From Pseudomonadota bacterium (GTDB taxonomy: Bacteria; Bdellovibrionota; FAC87; UBA2466), in NCBI GenBank assembly GCA_043718025.1, contig JAYSWN010000068.1, positions 64,001 through 128,000 of the forward strand: a stretch of DNA of 64,000 bases, given 5' to 3'. Position numbers and translations under genes: made by a program. Below, one piece after another: positions 60,328 to 64,000 of this stretch; position 1 is the stretch's first letter; every line of letters begins with the position of its first letter. The notes below the pieces were generated by a model. It saw only the letters and a program-made list of their open reading frames with translations. It did no database searches and was not told the origin of the DNA.

Positions 60328-61137
60328 CTACTTGGCACGCTTACGGGTGGGACGAGGGGCTTGGTTTCGCGAGTACAAAAATAATCCGGTGGCGGCAAAA
60401 GGAATGATGAGCAAAGAGATCATCTGGCCGTAGCTTAACGCACCGTCAAATACGAAGCCCCGGTAAACATCGCCGCGAAAAACTTCGACCGTAAAGCGCA
60501 AAATTGAATAAAAAATCAGCCCGTGGAAAAAGATCTGGCCGTCGTATTTGCGTTTATCCATTCGGTAATTCAAATAGAGATAAAGCAAAAACGCTCCGAA
60601 CGCCTCATAGAGCTGCGACGGATGGAGCGGAATATTGCGCGCGCTGGTGAAGGCTTCGGGGTGGGTGAACTTTACCGCCCACGGCATGTCGCAAATTTTA
60701 CCCCAACAACAACCCGCCAAAAAACAGCCGACTCGGCCCACGGCAATGCCTAAAGCCGTGGCCGGAGCCGCAAAATCAACAAAATGCAAAAACCGAATCC
60801 GTTGGCTCTGACAGTAAAAATAGATCGCCACAATCGACGCTATAATGGCGCCGTAAAGAGTGTATCCACCTTCCCATACCGCAAAAATTTTACCGGGGTG
60901 TCGTAGGTAGAACGGCAGCTCTTCGAACAGCACGTGAAACATTCTGGCGCCAATGATTGAGGCGAACACGATCCACAAGAAAAGGCGTTCGATGTGTTTG
61001 GGATCATCGCCAATCTTAATCGCTCGACGAAGCGCATCAAAGTAGGCAAGGGTGAAGGCCAGGGCCAAAAATAGACCGTAAGTGGGAATGCGAATGGCGT
61101 GGCCGTTTAAATGGGCATCAATGAGGTAGGGGAGCAC
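60328..61137 (-). CDS. lgt: Prolipoprotein diacylglyceryl transferase
   Basis: IPTYG, IGARMFHV, WEGGYTLYG, GRVGCF, HPSQLYE, RFTVEVFRGD; GTG 61137 preferred. Confidence 0.93.
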   Translation of the reverse strand: MLPYLIDAHLNGHAIRIPTYGLFLALAFTLAYFDALRRAIKIGDDPKHIERLFLWIVFASIIGARMFHVLFEELPFYLRHPGKIFAVWEGGYTLYGAIIASIVAIYFYCQSQRIRFLHFVDFAAPATALGIAVGRVGCFLAGCCWGKICDMPWAVKFTHPEAFTSARNIPLHPSQLYEAFGAFLLYLYLNYRMDKRKYDGQIFFHGLIFYSILRFTVEVFRGDVYRGFVFDGALSYGQMISLLIIPFAATGLFLYSRNQAPRPTRKRAK

Positions 61138-62761
61138 GCATTTTTCTCCTGAAGGTGAGCACCGTCGCCAGAACGAAAGCGGCACACAGGGCAACGAACC
61201 ATTCACCCCACCTTAAGTATAACGTGACCGGAGGCGGTTGAAGCGGAAGATCGATGTTTTCGACCAAGAACCCCTGTTCCCATATGCCCGTACTACGGCT
61301 CATTCTGCCTAACCTATCGACAAAGAGGGAGATGCCGGTGTTGGTGACGCGCATTTGCGGAATTCGACTCTCCACCGAACGAAACGTGGACAACGCCGCG
61401 TGATGTTCTGGCTCGGTGGTGGGACCAAACCAGCTATCGTTGGTGAGGTTCACGACCCCCATCACGCCGGGGGCCACGGTCTTTCTAAAAAAATCGGGCA
61501 GAATGGCCTCGTAGCATATGGTGACCCCGAGCCGAATTTGGTTTGGAAGAGTAAAAAAATTTTGCTCGGTGCCCCGGGCAAAATCGGCCACCTGGGGAAA
61601 CCATCGGTAAATTGCTGGAAACGTTTCGCCCAATGGAAAGTACTCACCAAACGCCAGTAGTACATTCTTGCGGTAAATCTCGGTGTAGGAGTCAGCGAGC
61701 AAGCCAATTTTTTTAGCCTCAAGTTTTAACGTCGGAGAAAGCAGGAACGCTGCATTGTATTCACGTGACGGATGATCAGGGTGAGAGGAATAGGCACCGG
61801 TAAGAAGCGAGGTGCCAATTTCTTTCGAGAAATTATAGATCTCGGTCGCCAGCGCCGACGGGCGATCGAGCTGAATCGGCATCGCCGTTTCAGGCCAGAG
61901 CACCAGATCGGGCTTAGATCCTGAAGCAATTGCTGCCACGGTGAGCTCTTTGTATTTATCGATTACGTAACGCACCTTGGGGTAGTACCCTTTTTTCGAT
62001 TCCACTTTTTCAAGGGAACCGATATTGGCCTGAATCAGGGCGACGCGGAGTTTTTTGCTTTCCGGCGGTTTTTCTGCCACCCGTGCGATTCCAAATCCCA
62101 AGGTGAATACGAGCAAAATCCAAGGGAGACTGAAGAAAGGCCAGGAGATCGGAAGCGCCCTTTTATTTTTGTAGAGTAACATCACGAAGGCACCGGCAAA
62201 ACTCATCGCTAGAAAAGAAAGTGAGAGGGCCCCCGTGAGTTCGCTGATTTGGGTCAACAGCGTCAGCCAGTAAAGCGAGTGGCCGATGTAGACCGGAAAC
62301 AGTTTGGGCACCAGCCATTCGATCACTACGAAAGCGGCGGGAACCACCACGACCAGCCAAAAGCCTCGCCAAGTGGCACTTAGCGATTCAATTCGGTAGC
62401 GTCGACTGAAGTAGGTTGTGAATAAACTAAATACCGAGAAGTTCAGCGCGCCGAAACCGCAAAAAATCAGGAAAATTAGGGTCGAGATCCAGTAAGGCAG
62501 ATAACCGAAAACGTGGATGGTGTAGATCATCCAGAAAAAACCCAAGCTATTCATCAAGAAAGAGACGGTAAATCCTACCCAAAAGGAGCGGCGTAGATCT
62601 TTGGCGATGAGGCTCGCCCAAAGCAACAAGGTGGTGTGAACCAACAGCAATGGGGCAATGTGAAAAGGAGTGAAGGCCAGCACCAGGCAAAAGCCTGAGA
62701 TCATGGCCAACCAAATTTCAGGTTTTAAATTTTTTCGTGACACTCGCGCTGTATCTTTCAA
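61118..62761 (-). CDS. lnt: Apolipoprotein N-acyltransferase (start may be GTG 62743)
   Basis: Nitrilase triad LWPETA, YRKNVLLAFGE, ICYE; NDSWFG; NTGIS. Confidence 0.95.
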   Translation of the reverse strand: MKDTARVSRKNLKPEIWLAMISGFCLVLAFTPFHIAPLLLVHTTLLLWASLIAKDLRRSFWVGFTVSFLMNSLGFFWMIYTIHVFGYLPYWISTLIFLIFCGFGALNFSVFSLFTTYFSRRYRIESLSATWRGFWLVVVVPAAFVVIEWLVPKLFPVYIGHSLYWLTLLTQISELTGALSLSFLAMSFAGAFVMLLYKNKRALPISWPFFSLPWILLVFTLGFGIARVAEKPPESKKLRVALIQANIGSLEKVESKKGYYPKVRYVIDKYKELTVAAIASGSKPDLVLWPETAMPIQLDRPSALATEIYNFSKEIGTSLLTGAYSSHPDHPSREYNAAFLLSPTLKLEAKKIGLLADSYTEIYRKNVLLAFGEYFPLGETFPAIYRWFPQVADFARGTEQNFFTLPNQIRLGVTICYEAILPDFFRKTVAPGVMGVVNLTNDSWFGPTTEPEHHAALSTFRSVESRIPQMRVTNTGISLFVDRLGRMSRSTGIWEQGFLVENIDLPLQPPPVTLYLRWGEWFVALCAAFVLATVLTFRRKMRAPLPH

Positions 62762-63179
62762 ATAGCTTGGTGAATTCTTTGGTAGCTAAGGCGCTGGCCA
62801 TGGATTTTAACAACGCCGGTACGGGCAGCTCTACCTCAAGCTTAGCGCGAAATTCCACCTGGCAAGCGTGAGTCTCTTTGAAGGTCCATTGGGCATGGAG
62901 CTGGCCCATTCCGCCGCCGGCATCAGGGAAGGCTTCAATGCTTTTGCCGGGCTCGATTTTAAATTTTGTAGAAAATTTGAAATCGAGAGAGTAGCCGGAA
63001 TAGGCGATCGGCTCGAATTGCCACAGGAAAGTGTCGGGGCCATTTTTTTTCACGGCCTGCAGACCAGGAAAGTGCGCCGGTAGGGCCACTTCAACGTTTT
63101 GAAAGTAGGCAAAGACCTCCGTAGCGCTCTGCGAAAAGCTCCAAATGGTGTGATAAGGAATTTCTACTTTTACCGCCAT
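62718..63179 (-). CDS. SRPBCC/CoxG-like protein
   Basis: START/Bet v1-like pattern (VFAYF...HFPGL, C-terminal amphipathic helix). Confidence 0.6.
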   Translation of the reverse strand: MAVKVEIPYHTIWSFSQSATEVFAYFQNVEVALPAHFPGLQAVKKNGPDTFLWQFEPIAYSGYSLDFKFSTKFKIEPGKSIEAFPDAGGGMGQLHAQWTFKETHACQVEFRAKLEVELPVPALLKSMASALATKEFTKLFERYSASVTKKFKT

Positions 63180-63217
63180 GTGGCTATCCTACTTGGCGGC
63201 CGAAGCTAAAGGCAACC

Positions 63218-63532
63218 CTATGAGTTTATTTCGTCTTCATCGGAAAGGGGGGCCTTAGAATGGTGCCGCTTGCGGCTCGCCACTAGCGAAGTTACCCACC
63301 ACCAAGGCCCAATCAATAGGTAGCGAGGGCTCTTAAAAAAGGCCGGCGGTTTGCCTTCGAAAGCGTGGCCGATAAATTGAAGGGCCCAGCCCACAACGAA
63401 TAGCGCCAGCGCCCACCGCCACGAAAAAAAAAGCGCGCCTAATGAAACCACGATCAGTGGAATGCCAAAATTATGACACAGGCGGTTGTAGCGGTTTTGG
63501 TGTGAAGCTTTGTAAGTGGCTAACCAGTCCAT
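63218..63532 (-). CDS. DUF962 / Mpo1-like membrane protein
   Basis: SHQNRYNRLCH.FGIP, GWALQFIGHAFEGKPPAF. Confidence 0.88.
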   Translation of the reverse strand: MDWLATYKASHQNRYNRLCHNFGIPLIVVSLGALFFSWRWALALFVVGWALQFIGHAFEGKPPAFFKSPRYLLIGPWWWVTSLVASRKRHHSKAPLSDEDEINS

Positions 63533-63610
63533 CTCTCACCCCTTAACATTTATCAAGCCTTGGCAGCAAGGTGACTTGCTCCGCCGCCGGCATATCGTTA
63601 GCCTTTTGCG

Positions 63611-64000
63611 ATGAAACAAATTGGAAAAATTTTTGTGCCGGTTGCTTTGGCCCTATTCGCACTCTTTGGCATGGGCATGGGGCGCGATAACTTACGACTC
63701 TCGGCCGAGGCGAAAAGGATCCATGCCGAAGCGTTGGTTATTGATGGCCACAATGATCTGCCTTGGCAGCTAAGAGAAATTAACGACCTGGCGCTTGAAC
63801 AGACCAATCTCAATGAACCGCTGCCTAAGTTTCATACTGATATACCGCGTCTAAAAAAAGGCGGGGTGGGGGCGCAGTTCTGGTCGGCGTACGTACCGGT
63901 AGAAATGGCGGCGAGCGGCACGGCGGTCAAGGCTACCTACGAGCAAATCGAAGTGGTGCACCGAATGGTCGAAAAATTTCCGGATACTTTTGAGTTCGCC
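63611..64000 (+). CDS. Membrane dipeptidase (peptidase M19), 5' part, runs off the window
   Basis: My translation from ATG 63611: signal peptide, VIDGHNDLPW, HTDIPRLKKGGVGAQFWSAYVP; absent from the ORF track because there is no stop. Confidence 0.9.
   Translation, partial: MKQIGKIFVPVALALFALFGMGMGRDNLRLSAEAKRIHAEALVIDGHNDLPWQLREINDLALEQTNLNEPLPKFHTDIPRLKKGGVGAQFWSAYVPVEMAASGTAVKATYEQIEVVHRMVEKFPDTFEFA

Noticed and set aside
63598..63813. 71-aa minus-strand ORF
   Set aside because: Antisense to the clearly recognisable M19 dipeptidase starting at 63611

Overview
A gene-dense 64 kb bacterial chromosome segment. Gene content (three-TM SecE, GYF/TPR protein, Flp/Tad cluster, RCC1 and EF-hand secreted proteins) suggests a Bdellovibrionota/Oligoflexia-like or other deltaproteobacterial organism; this is inference only. 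Core content: clpB-degQ-mtnP-pfkB, a heterodimeric ABC exporter, epmA, a RluA-family synthase, an oxidoreductase-SelD fusion, secE-nusG-rplKAJL-rpoBC, an acyl-CoA carboxylase/hydratase trio, purD, purH, a cystathionine gamma-lyase/synthase, lnt and lgt. I saw no rRNA, tRNA, CRISPR array, integrase or transposase. The most interesting region is 45.4-52.6 kb. It holds three pilin-like genes (one fused to a Pro/Ser/Thr stalk and RCC1-like repeats), a secreted 4x EF-hand protein, a secreted or lipoprotein gene and a divergent helical-repeat/winged-HTH regulator. An 18-bp motif (GCACCAAATTMGTASGTG, minus strand) occurs three times in its intergenic DNA. Two copies sit exactly 21 nt upstream of a -10-like TAKTCT, and the third overlaps the regulator's own promoter region, so this looks like an undescribed self-contained regulon. 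Also notable: a DprE1/DprE2-like pair converging on a GT-C-like membrane protein, an atypical SpeD, a truncated sigma54-driven Flp/Tad cluster and a secreted clan CD-like protease candidate.
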